This document shows, one piece after another, positions 41,047-49,885 of a stretch of 64,000 nt of DNA; position 1 is the first letter of the stretch; each line of letters begins with the position of its first letter. The position numbers and the translations under genes are program-made. Under the pieces are notes generated by a model. It was not told the origin of the DNA. It worked only from the letters and a program-made list of their open reading frames with translations, and ran no database searches. Source of the stretch: Candidatus Fervidifonticultor secundus (GTDB lineage: Bacteria; Sysuimicrobiota; Sysuimicrobiia; Sysuimicrobiales; Humicultoraceae); contig JAVKIP010000008.1 in NCBI GenBank assembly GCA_031459385.1, positions 1 through 64,000 of the forward strand, written 5' to 3'.

Positions 41047-41821
41047 ACCGCGGCTCCTGCCGCCAGACGGACCAGCGGGCGTCCAGCCTGGCCACCGCAG
41101 CGTCCAGCAGCCACACCAGCACCATGGCCACCACCAGCCCTGCCATGACGCGGGACGTCTGGAAGAGGTGCTGCGCGCCGATGATCAGGTGGCCCAGGCC
41201 GCGCATCGACGCCATGTATTCGCCCAGGATGGTGCCGACGAACGCGAACCCCAGGCTAGTCCGGAGGCCGGCGGCGATCCACACCAGCGCCGCGGGGAGA
41301 TAGACGTGGCGGAGCATGGCCGCCGGTGATGCCCCCAGCAAGCGTACCTGCGCCACCAGGGTCCGGTCGATCTCGCGCACGGCCCCCAGGGTGTTGAACA
41401 GGCCCACGAAGAGCACGATCGTGACCACCAGGGCGACCTTGGAGGCGACGCCCAGTCCCAGCCACAACGCCAGCAGCGGGTAGAAGACGATCCGCGGGGT
41501 GGCGTTGAGGGTGGCCAGGGCCGGTTCGCACAGGCTGGCCAGGGGCGGGGCCAGGGCCAGGAGCAGGCCCACCGCCGCCCCCAGCGCCAGGCCCACCACC
41601 AGACCGGCGAGCGCCGCGCCCACCGTGGCACCCAGATGGGGCCACAGTTCGCCGGTCGCAACCCACCGCCAGATCTCTGTGGCTACGGCCGACGGGCGGC
41701 TGGTGAACTCCTCGGACAGACGGCCGGCCCGTACTGCGCCCTCCCAGATCGCCAGGCCTGCCGCTATCACGGCCCCCTGGAGGCCGACGGTGGCCAGCCC
41801 GTCACGCCGCCGGTCGCTCAC
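41036..41821 (-). CDS. NitT/TauT-type ABC permease
   Basis: NATPRIVFYP, GEYMASMRGLG. Confidence 0.88.
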   Translation of the reverse strand: MSDRRRDGLATVGLQGAVIAAGLAIWEGAVRAGRLSEEFTSRPSAVATEIWRWVATGELWPHLGATVGAALAGLVVGLALGAAVGLLLALAPPLASLCEPALATLNATPRIVFYPLLALWLGLGVASKVALVVTIVLFVGLFNTLGAVREIDRTLVAQVRLLGASPAAMLRHVYLPAALVWIAAGLRTSLGFAFVGTILGEYMASMRGLGHLIIGAQHLFQTSRVMAGLVVAMVLVWLLDAAVARLDARWSVWRQEPRYEG

Positions 41822-42900
41822 AGGCCGCTTCCCGCCGCGATGGCCTTGCGCACGAAGCGGTCGTCCACCATCCGCTCCACCGGCACCGCGAACGCCGGGT
41901 CGAGGAGCCGATCCTGCTTGAGGAAGCGGATGACGGTGGCCACGGCTTCGGGCAGGACACGGCCGTCTGGCGACAGCCCGCCCAGGTTAGCCCGGATCAT
42001 CGCCGGCGTCCAGTTCAGCCCAGCCGGCAACGCCCGGGCGATCTCCTCGGGTTTCGCCCGGTGGAGGCGCAGCCAGCGCAGCGTGCGCACGAACGCGTCG
42101 ACCATCGCCTGCGCTGCCTCGGGGTCGCGGGCCACCACGTCCGCACGGGCCAGCAGGCCGCTGCTGATGTGGGCCGCGCCGTAGAGGCGCACCGTCCCCT
42201 CCAGCGTCCGCACGTCGTAGAGCAGGCGCGCCGAGCCGTCCTCCACCAGGGTGGTGATCAGGGGGTCGAGGTAGACCAGGGCGTCGATCGCCTTGCGCCG
42301 CCATGCGGCCAGCGCAGTCGCCGGGCCGCCCACCGGAACGAACTGTACGGCCTCCGGCTCGACCCCCCAGGCGGCCAGGATGTGGCGGGCCTGCATGTGG
42401 GTCGCCGAGCCCAGGCCCGTGACGCCGACCCTGCGGCCGCGCAGGTGCGCCGGCGAGGTGACCTCGCGCAGGTCAGCCTGCGCGATCATGGCCATGGTCT
42501 GCGCGTTGAAGAACGTCAGCAGGAACTTGAGGTCTTTGCCCTGCTCGTGGGCCTTGATGACCTGGGTGATGGTCACGGTGGCGAACTCGGTGTCGCCGCC
42601 GATGAGGGCCGTGGTGGCCTCGGGGCCGCCGCGGAAGTCGACGAACGTCACGCGCCATCCATGGCGGCGCTGGAGGTCGTCGAAGACGCCGAGCCCCATG
42701 GCCACGTAGACAGGCAGGTAGCCCACGACGTTGGGCGGCCCGATGGCCACCCGCAGGTCGCGGCGGGCAGCCCCCGGCGCGGGCGCCGGCCGTCCCGCAG
42801 CAGCCAGCAGGGCCAGCGCGGCGGCCAGGGCCGCCGGCCGCGCCAGCGGCCCCGGCCGCCGCAGCCGTCCACCACATCGTCCGGATTCCATCGCGCTCAC
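41818..42900 (-). CDS. NitT/TauT (NMT1-like) ABC substrate-binding protein
   Basis: Signal peptide, YLPVYVA..LG, GVTGLGSATH. Confidence 0.85.
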   Translation of the reverse strand: MSAMESGRCGGRLRRPGPLARPAALAAALALLAAAGRPAPAPGAARRDLRVAIGPPNVVGYLPVYVAMGLGVFDDLQRRHGWRVTFVDFRGGPEATTALIGGDTEFATVTITQVIKAHEQGKDLKFLLTFFNAQTMAMIAQADLREVTSPAHLRGRRVGVTGLGSATHMQARHILAAWGVEPEAVQFVPVGGPATALAAWRRKAIDALVYLDPLITTLVEDGSARLLYDVRTLEGTVRLYGAAHISSGLLARADVVARDPEAAQAMVDAFVRTLRWLRLHRAKPEEIARALPAGLNWTPAMIRANLGGLSPDGRVLPEAVATVIRFLKQDRLLDPAFAVPVERMVDDRFVRKAIAAGSGL

Positions 42901-42951
42901 CTCCAGGATCGGTGCCGGCGCGCACCATCTGGCGCGTCAGCCGGCCCAGGG

Positions 42952-43704
42952 CTACACGCTCGGACCGGCCAGGCTGCGCCCGCCGCAGACGTAGAGCAGC
43001 TGACCGGTGACGTACGACGCCTCGTCGCTTACGAAGAACGCCACCGCGTGGGCGATGTCGTCGGGGATGCCGATCCGCCCCATGGGGATGGTCTTCAGCA
43101 GGCGCTCCTGCACCTCGTCTTTGAGGCTGCGGAACAGCGGCGTGTCCACCAGCGCCGGCGCGATGGCGTTGACCGTGATGCCGAACCTGGCCAGTTCCAG
43201 GGCCAGGGTGCGGGTGAGGCTCACCACGCCCCCCTTGGCCGCGGCGTAGTTGACCTGCCCGGGGTTGCCCAGCCACGCCCGCGACGAGATGTTGACGATG
43301 CGGCCGTACTGCTGCTCCATCATGAAGGGCACGGCCGCGCGACAGCACAGCCAGTACGACTTGAGGTTGGTGCGCAGCACGTCGTCCCAGTCCTCCTCGG
43401 ACATCTTGGTCAGGTAGCGGTCGCGCGCGATGCCGACGTTGTTGACCAGGATGTCCACGCGCCCGAACGCCTCGCGGGCGCGGGCCACCAGCGCCGCGGC
43501 GCCGTCGGCGCGGCTGACGTCGGCGGCCACGCCCAGCGCCCGGGCGCCGGCGGCGGTCAGCGCGTCGACGACCCGCGCCACGCGCTCCTCCACGATGTCG
43601 TTGACGACCACGCACGCTCCGTCGCGGGCCAGCCGGGCGGCGATTCCCTCGCCAATGCCCTGGCCCGACCCGGTGACGATGGCGACCCGTCCGGCGATGC
43701 CCAT
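42952..43704 (-). CDS. SDR dehydrogenase, BbsD-like
   Basis: TGSGQGIG, YAAAK; MGI..RVA, SRAWLG..GQ and VTGQLLYVCGGRSL match recalled BbsD. Confidence 0.82.
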   Translation of the reverse strand: MGIAGRVAIVTGSGQGIGEGIAARLARDGACVVVNDIVEERVARVVDALTAAGARALGVAADVSRADGAAALVARAREAFGRVDILVNNVGIARDRYLTKMSEEDWDDVLRTNLKSYWLCCRAAVPFMMEQQYGRIVNISSRAWLGNPGQVNYAAAKGGVVSLTRTLALELARFGITVNAIAPALVDTPLFRSLKDEVQERLLKTIPMGRIGIPDDIAHAVAFFVSDEASYVTGQLLYVCGGRSLAGPSV

Positions 43705-43740
43705 CCCGTGCGTCCTCCCCTCGGCCGTCGGTGCCCGGCG

Positions 43741-44529
43741 CTAGCGGCCGGTGAACTGCGGCTCGCGCTTTTCCAGGAACGCCTGGATGCCCTCGCGGCG
43801 GTCGCGGCTGGCGCGCAGCGCCGCGTGCGCCGTGCGCTCCAGGGCCAGCCCCGCCTCCAGGCTCGCATCCGCCGCCAGGTGCACCGCAGTCTTGATGGCG
43901 CGCACTGCCAGCGGCGCGCGGGCCGCGATCGTCCCCGCCAGCGCCCTCGCCGCTTCCAACAGCTGCGGGCCCGGGACCACGCGGTTGACGAGGCCGATGC
44001 GGTAGGCTTCCGCGGCGTCGATGAACTCCCCGGTGAACATCAGCTCCTTGGCGCGCGCTGGCCCCACCAGGCGTGTCAGCCGCTGGGTGCCGCCAGCGCC
44101 GGGCATGCTACCGACCTTGGCTTCCGGGAACCCGAACCGGGCACCCTCCGCCGCAACCCGCAGGTCGCAGGCCAGGGCCAGCTCCAGCCCGCCGCCCAGG
44201 GCGTACCCGTTGATGGCCGCGACGGTAGGGGTGGGCAGCGCCTCCAGCTGCGCGAAGACGCGGCGCACCCGGTCGGCGAAGGGGTCGGGCGCGGTGCCGT
44301 CGTCGGCGTACTCCTGGGCCCGGGCCTTGAGGTCGGCGCCCACGCAGAACGCCTTCTCGCCGGCAGCGGTCACGATCAGGGCGCGCACGGTCCCGTCCTG
44401 CTCGACGGCCGCCAGGACCTCGCCCAGCCGGTCCAGCATCTCGGGCGTCAGGGCGTTGAGGGCCTCGGGGCGGTTGAGGGTCACCACCCCCACAGCCTGC
44501 TCCTGCTGGAACTGCACGATCTCGCTCAC
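43741..44529 (-). CDS. Enoyl-CoA hydratase (BbsH-like)
   Basis: TLNRPEALN, INGYALGGGLELALACDLR, FPEAKVGS; both catalytic Glu present. Confidence 0.85.
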   Translation of the reverse strand: MSEIVQFQQEQAVGVVTLNRPEALNALTPEMLDRLGEVLAAVEQDGTVRALIVTAAGEKAFCVGADLKARAQEYADDGTAPDPFADRVRRVFAQLEALPTPTVAAINGYALGGGLELALACDLRVAAEGARFGFPEAKVGSMPGAGGTQRLTRLVGPARAKELMFTGEFIDAAEAYRIGLVNRVVPGPQLLEAARALAGTIAARAPLAVRAIKTAVHLAADASLEAGLALERTAHAALRASRDRREGIQAFLEKREPQFTGR

Positions 44530-44535
44530 GGATGT

Positions 44536-45768
44536 TCACCTCCGCGCCGGGTCCGTCTGGGGAACCGGTGGCCTCCCTGCCCAACTCTGCACCACGCCCG
44601 CCGCCACCAAGCGGGCGATCTCGTCGTCGGTGATGCCAGCCTCCCGCAGCACCGCCGCGGTGTGCTCGCCCGGTAGCGGTGCCGGCCTGGAGATGCGTGG
44701 GGGCGTCGCGCTCAGCCGAAGCGGCTGGCCCACCACGCGCGCCGCGCCCAGCTGCGGGTGGTGCAGCGCGACCAGCATGCCGTTGTGCACGACCTGCGGG
44801 TGGGCTTCGAGCTCCGGGTAGGTCAGAATGGGGCCGCAGACGATGTCGGCGGCCTCCAGGACGGCCAGCCAGTGCGCCGTGGGCATGGCCCGGAAGATAG
44901 GCGCGAGGGCGTCGCGCAGTTCGACCCTGTGGGCCACCCGCGCCTCGTTGGTCGCAAAGCGCGGGTCGGCGGCCAGGTCTGGCCGGCCCAGGACGGCGCA
45001 CAGCGCGTGCCAGCGCTCGGGCGTGTAGGCCGCCACCATGACGTGGCCGTCTGCGGTGGGGTACGCCTCGTTGGGCGCCGCGTACGGCGCGGCGCTGCCT
45101 GTGCGGCCCGGCGGGGTGCCTGAGGCCAGGTACATGGCGAGCGGGACGGTCTGGAACGCCAGCAGGGCGTCCAGGAGCGACAGGTCCACGCACTGGCCGC
45201 GCCCGGTGCGCTCGCGGGCAAACAGCGCCGCCAGGATGCCGGCCGCGGCCAGGAACCCCGCGGTGGTATCGGCGGCCGGCACGCCCACCTTGACCGGCTC
45301 GCTGTCGGGCGACCCTGTGACGCTCATCAGCCCGCTGGCAGCCTGGACGATCCCGTCCACGCCAGGCCGGTCGTGCCACGGGCCCGAAGCGCCGAAGGCC
45401 GAGATGGCGCAGTAGATCAGCCGGGGGTGGTCGGAGCGCAGCGTGTCGTAGTCAAGGCCCAGCCGCGCCATCACCCCTGGCCGGAAGCTCTCCACCAGGA
45501 CGTCGCTGCCGGCCACCAGGCGCAGGATGACGGGGCGCGCCTGGGGGTGCTTGAGGTCGATGACGATGCTGCGCTTGTTACGGTTCATGCCGATGAAGGC
45601 TGCGGCGACGCCGTCGACGAACGGCGGGCCGAGCCCCCGGCCCCACTCGCCGCCGGGAGGCTCGACCTTCACCACCTCGGCGCCGAGGTCGCCCAGGTAC
45701 ATGGCGCAGATGGGGCCGGCGGCACCCTGGGAGAGGTCGAGCACGCGAATGCCTTCCAGCGCAGTCAC
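44536..45768 (-). CDS. Class III (CaiB/BaiF/BbsEF) CoA-transferase
   Basis: LEGIRVLDLS, LGAEVVKVEPPGGE, NRNKRS, ESFRPG, PAAD. Confidence 0.9.
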   Translation of the reverse strand: MTALEGIRVLDLSQGAAGPICAMYLGDLGAEVVKVEPPGGEWGRGLGPPFVDGVAAAFIGMNRNKRSIVIDLKHPQARPVILRLVAGSDVLVESFRPGVMARLGLDYDTLRSDHPRLIYCAISAFGASGPWHDRPGVDGIVQAASGLMSVTGSPDSEPVKVGVPAADTTAGFLAAAGILAALFARERTGRGQCVDLSLLDALLAFQTVPLAMYLASGTPPGRTGSAAPYAAPNEAYPTADGHVMVAAYTPERWHALCAVLGRPDLAADPRFATNEARVAHRVELRDALAPIFRAMPTAHWLAVLEAADIVCGPILTYPELEAHPQVVHNGMLVALHHPQLGAARVVGQPLRLSATPPRISRPAPLPGEHTAAVLREAGITDDEIARLVAAGVVQSWAGRPPVPQTDPARR

Positions 45769-46397
45769 GGTCGGGCACCGTGCGCCGCGGCGGTCGCCAG
45801 GGGTCGGAGGGCAGCCACCGCGTAGTCGGCGAAGCGCGCGGCGATCTCTGCCGGCGGGTGCTGCCCGTCGGGGCGGTACCACCGCACCATCCAGTTGACC
45901 ATGCCCAGCACCGCGAAGCCCGCCAGGCGGACGTCGGTGGGCGCGAACTCGCCAGCGGCGATGCCGTCGGCGATGATGCGGCGGAAGAGGGCCTCGTAGC
46001 GGTCCCGCCATGCCACCAGCGCCTGGCGGTACGGGGGAGCCAGCGCGCGGCCTTCCTCGATGAAGCAGGCCACGTTGTCGCGGTCGCTGACCAGCGTCAG
46101 CACGTGGAGCCGCACGGCCTGCCGCAGGCGGTCTGCGGCCGGCTCGGCCCCGGCAGCGATACGCTCCAGGTCGGGCAGCGCCCGATCCAGGGTATGCTGG
46201 AGAATCTCGTAAAGCAGGGCCTGCTTGCCACGGACGTGATGGTAGAGCGAGGCCTTCGTGAGCCCCACGGCGCGCGCGATCTCCTGCATCGTGGTCCGCT
46301 CGAACCCCCGGGTGTGGAACAGGGCGGCGGCTGCGCGGAGGACCTGCTCGCGCGTGACGGGTATCCGGCGCTCGGCCCGCGTGACGCTGGTCCTCAT
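45765..46397 (-). CDS. TetR-family regulator (KstR2/PaaR-like)
   Basis: TTMQEIARAVGLTKASLYHH, GMVNWMVRWYRPDG. Confidence 0.9.
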   Translation of the reverse strand: MRTSVTRAERRIPVTREQVLRAAAALFHTRGFERTTMQEIARAVGLTKASLYHHVRGKQALLYEILQHTLDRALPDLERIAAGAEPAADRLRQAVRLHVLTLVSDRDNVACFIEEGRALAPPYRQALVAWRDRYEALFRRIIADGIAAGEFAPTDVRLAGFAVLGMVNWMVRWYRPDGQHPPAEIAARFADYAVAALRPLATAAAHGARP

Positions 46398-46993
46398 CGG
46401 GTATCGTCCGGATGCTGGCCGGCCGCCGTGGCGCAGACGGGCACCGCGGGCGCAGACGTCTGCCGGAGCGCCGTGCCCAGCTGCCACCCGGCCGCAAGCG
46501 CCTTCAGGTTGGGCACGGCGGCCGCCGACAGCCGGCTGCGGACGACGGCCTCCAGCGTGGGCAGCCGCACCACGTCGCACAGCGCGGCCGCCACGCCCAC
46601 GGCGACCATGTTGGCCGGGCGCGTGGTGCCGCTGGCCCGCCTGGCCGCCTCGGTGACGGGGATGGCGTGAATGCGCACCTGCCCCGTCCCCGTGATCGCC
46701 ACGCGATCCGCGTCGACGATGGCGACCCCGCCGTCGGCCACGGCACCCGACCAGCGCGTCCAGGCCTCCGTGGTCAGCGCCACCAGCACGTCGGCCACGC
46801 GCGCCACCGGATAGGCGACGCGCGTGTCGCTGATGACAACGTCGGAGCGGCTGGCGCCACCACGGGAGGCGGGCCCGTATGCCTGCGCGCAGGCCACGCG
46901 CCGGCCCTCCGCCACGGCGGCCTCGGCCAGGACGAGCCCGGCCAGCACGACTCCCTGACCGCCCGCGCCCGAGAATCGTATCGCGAGCCTCAC
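46394..46993 (-). CDS. korC: 2-oxoacid:ferredoxin oxidoreductase gamma subunit
   Basis: SGAGGQG, YGPASRGG.SRSDV, NMVAVG. Confidence 0.85.
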   Translation of the reverse strand: MRLAIRFSGAGGQGVVLAGLVLAEAAVAEGRRVACAQAYGPASRGGASRSDVVISDTRVAYPVARVADVLVALTTEAWTRWSGAVADGGVAIVDADRVAITGTGQVRIHAIPVTEAARRASGTTRPANMVAVGVAAALCDVVRLPTLEAVVRSRLSAAAVPNLKALAAGWQLGTALRQTSAPAVPVCATAAGQHPDDTR

Positions 46994-47898
46994 GGCGTCT
47001 CTCCAGGCCCCGCCGCGTCCACCGTTGCTGCGCGTACGCGGGCGGTGAACTCCGGGCGGTCGATGTCGACCAGCACGCCGGTCTCCACGGGCGGTCGGAC
47101 GGGGGCCGGCCCGGGCTGCAGCAGGGTAGACGCCAGCGGCGCCAGGTGCGCGTCCACGGCGGCGGTGGCGCGGGCCTGGCCGGCCAGCATGGCAGCGCCG
47201 CTACCCAGCCGGTTGTACCGGCCGTAGAACTCCGGGCAGTCGCTCAGGATCTCGATGAACGCGAAGCCGCGGTGGCGCAGGCCGCGGGCGATCAGGTCCT
47301 CCAGCACCAGCGGGGTCCAGACCGTCCCGCGGGCGACGAACGTGGCACCGGCCGCGGCCAGCAGGCGGCATGCGTCGAAGGGCGGCTCCACGTTGCCGGC
47401 CGGCGCCGTGGTGGCCACGCTGCCTTCGGGTGTGGTGGGGGCCAGCTGTCCGCCGGTCATGCCGTAGATCTCGTTGTTGAACAGCAGGCAGGTGAGATCG
47501 ATGTTGCGCCGCGCGGCGTGGATCAGGTGGTTGCCGCCGATGGCCAGGCCGTCGCCGTCGCCGGTGATGACGACCACGTGCAGGTCGGGACGGGCCAGCT
47601 TCAACCCGGTGGCGAACGCGGGGGCACGCCCGTGGGTAGCGTGGAGCGTGCAGAAGTCCAGGTAGCCGGCCAGGCGGCTGCTGCAGCCGATGCCTGCCAC
47701 GACCGCCACGCGGTCCTGGGCCAGTCCCAGGCGGTGGATCGCCCGCAGCAGCGCGCCGGCTGCGATGCCGTGCCCGCATCCCGGGCAGAGGATGTGGGGC
47801 ATCTGGGGCAGGCGGAGGTAGCGGCGCACGTCCACTGGAGGCCGATCGCCGGCCGCAACGCCCGGTGCCGGCGCCAGGCGTGTCCGGGCATCCATCAT
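46990..47898 (-). CDS. korB: 2-oxoacid:ferredoxin oxidoreductase beta subunit
   Basis: CPGCGHG, GIGCS, HGRA, GDGD..AIGGNH, NNEIYGMTGGQ..PTT. Confidence 0.9.
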   Translation of the reverse strand: MMDARTRLAPAPGVAAGDRPPVDVRRYLRLPQMPHILCPGCGHGIAAGALLRAIHRLGLAQDRVAVVAGIGCSSRLAGYLDFCTLHATHGRAPAFATGLKLARPDLHVVVITGDGDGLAIGGNHLIHAARRNIDLTCLLFNNEIYGMTGGQLAPTTPEGSVATTAPAGNVEPPFDACRLLAAAGATFVARGTVWTPLVLEDLIARGLRHRGFAFIEILSDCPEFYGRYNRLGSGAAMLAGQARATAAVDAHLAPLASTLLQPGPAPVRPPVETGVLVDIDRPEFTARVRAATVDAAGPGETP

Positions 47899-49040
47899 GC
47901 GTACCTCCCCACGGGCAGCGCCGCCTGCACGGCAGCCAGAATCTCTTCGGGCGCTATGGGCTCGCCGTCGGCGCGGCAGCACGGGACTACCGGGACCGCG
48001 CCGCAGACGACGCGTTCCACTTCGCGCACCACCTGGCCCAGGTTCATCTCGGCCACCACCAGCGCGTCGCACGACGCCGCCGCCATGCGTAGCGCCCGCT
48101 CGGGGAACGGCCACAGCACCCGCAGGCGCAGTGCCCCCGCGCGGATCCCGGCTCCTCGCGCCAGGTCCACCGCCTCTTCGGCGGCACGCCCGGTGATGCC
48201 GTAGCCGACGACGATCACCAGGGCGTCGTCGGTGCGGTACGCCTCCACCGGCTCCACATCGTCGAACACGGGTGCCAGCTTGGCCAGGCGGCGGCGCTGG
48301 TGCGCTGCCACCACCGCCGGATCCTCCGTGGGGAAGCCGCAGTCGTCGTGGGCCAGTCCCGTAACGTGGAACCGGTAGCCGCTGCCGAAGTCGGCCAGGG
48401 GCGGCACGCCATCGGGGTCCGGCGCGTAGGGCCGGTACGCCCGGGGTGGTCCGGTGGGGCGGCGGCGGGCCGGCAGGCGCGCCGCATCGGGCGGGCGCAG
48501 CACCGCCTCCTCGCGCAGGTGGCCGATCACCTCGTCGTAGAGCACCACCACCGGCGTGCGGAACCGCTCCGCGAGCCCAAACGCGTCGATGGTGAACTGG
48601 TAGACCTCCGCCACGGATGCGGGCGCCAGCACCAGGCTGGGCACGTCGCCGTGGGTGCCCCAGCGGGCCTGCATCACGTCGCCCTGCGCCGGTGCCGTGG
48701 GCAGGCCGGTGCTGGGGCCGCCGCGCATCACGTTCACCACCACGCACGGCACCTCGGCCATGGCGGCGAACCCCAGGTGCTCTTGCATCAGCGAGAAGCC
48801 GGGGCCGCTGGTGGCGGTCATGGCCCGCAGGCCTCCCAGCGAGGCGCCGATCACCGCGGCCAGCGACGCGATCTCGTCCTCCATCTGCACGAACAGGCCG
48901 CCGACCGCCGGGAGCCGGCGCGCCATCTCCTCGGCGATCTCCGACGAGGGCGTGATGGGATAGCCCGCGTAGAAGCGGCAACCCGCAGCGATGGCCCCTG
49001 CGGCGCAGGCGACGTTGCCCTGTACGAGGCGCGCGCTCAC
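47895..49040 (-). CDS. korA: 2-oxoacid:ferredoxin oxidoreductase alpha subunit
   Basis: YAGYPITPSSE, QMEDE, TSGPGFSLM, RGGPSTGLPT, EMNLGQ. Confidence 0.9.
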   Translation of the reverse strand: MSARLVQGNVACAAGAIAAGCRFYAGYPITPSSEIAEEMARRLPAVGGLFVQMEDEIASLAAVIGASLGGLRAMTATSGPGFSLMQEHLGFAAMAEVPCVVVNVMRGGPSTGLPTAPAQGDVMQARWGTHGDVPSLVLAPASVAEVYQFTIDAFGLAERFRTPVVVLYDEVIGHLREEAVLRPPDAARLPARRRPTGPPRAYRPYAPDPDGVPPLADFGSGYRFHVTGLAHDDCGFPTEDPAVVAAHQRRRLAKLAPVFDDVEPVEAYRTDDALVIVVGYGITGRAAEEAVDLARGAGIRAGALRLRVLWPFPERALRMAAASCDALVVAEMNLGQVVREVERVVCGAVPVVPCCRADGEPIAPEEILAAVQAALPVGRYA

Positions 49041-49885
49041 CGTCCCACCCCGGCCGCGGCCCGCGCGTGCACCGTGATGGCGAACTCCGGGCACAGCCAT
49101 TCGCACAGGCGGCATCCCGTGCACCGCTCGTGCGCGACGACCTCCACCGCCCCGCGGCCGTCCGGGCGCAGGATGCTCTCGGGGCAGACGCGCACGCAGA
49201 TGTCGCACGCCTTGCACCAGTTGGCCGCGACCGCCACGCGCCACGCCGCGCCGGGGCCCGGGGGCAGCCACCGCTCGGCCGACGGCAGCGGACGCGGCTC
49301 CAGCCGCCGGCCCTCCTCGAACGCCCGTCGGTTGACCGCGACGGTCCCTGGCGGCACGCACCGCTCGATGGCTTCTTCCCACAGCGCGGCAGGGAACTCG
49401 AGGTAGGTGGACAACGCGCCCAGCAGAATGGTGTTGGCCACCGCCGGCGTGCCCAGTGCCATGGCCAGATCGCGGGCGTCGGCAACCACCACCGGCCCGC
49501 GGTGCCGCGCCAGCGGCGCGGGGTCCAGCTCAGGGTAGCGCACGGTCCAGGCGCGGTGGTCCTGCTGCGCCGCCGGCGGCACGATGCGCGTCGGGTCGAT
49601 GACGAGCAGCCCGCCCGACCGCAGGTAGGGCAGCCAGCGCAGGCCCTCGGCCCATTCGAACGCCACGAGCGCGTCGGCCTCGCCGAGCCCGATCAGCGGG
49701 CTCCACACGACCTCGCCGAACCGCACGTGGCTGAACACCACGCCGCCGCGTTTGGCCATGCCGTGGACCTCGCTCTTCTTGACGTCCAGCCCCGCCGCCC
49801 GTGCCACCTCGCCCAGGACGGTGCTGGCCAGCAGCACGCCCTGGCCGCCGACGCCCACAAGCAGCACGCCCTGCGCCGCCGTCAC
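49037..49885 (-). CDS. iorB: Indolepyruvate oxidoreductase beta subunit fused to a 2[4Fe-4S] ferredoxin (KorD-like)
   Basis: GVGGQG, SEVHGMAKRGGVV.SHVR; C-terminal CKACDICVRVCP and CTGCRLCEWLCP. Confidence 0.87.
   Translation of the reverse strand: MTAAQGVLLVGVGGQGVLLASTVLGEVARAAGLDVKKSEVHGMAKRGGVVFSHVRFGEVVWSPLIGLGEADALVAFEWAEGLRWLPYLRSGGLLVIDPTRIVPPAAQQDHRAWTVRYPELDPAPLARHRGPVVVADARDLAMALGTPAVANTILLGALSTYLEFPAALWEEAIERCVPPGTVAVNRRAFEEGRRLEPRPLPSAERWLPPGPGAAWRVAVAANWCKACDICVRVCPESILRPDGRGAVEVVAHERCTGCRLCEWLCPEFAITVHARAAAGVGR

Noticed and set aside
37822..45768. Canonical anaerobic toluene (bss/bbs) cluster
   Set aside because: No glycyl-radical enzyme, activase or BbsG in the window
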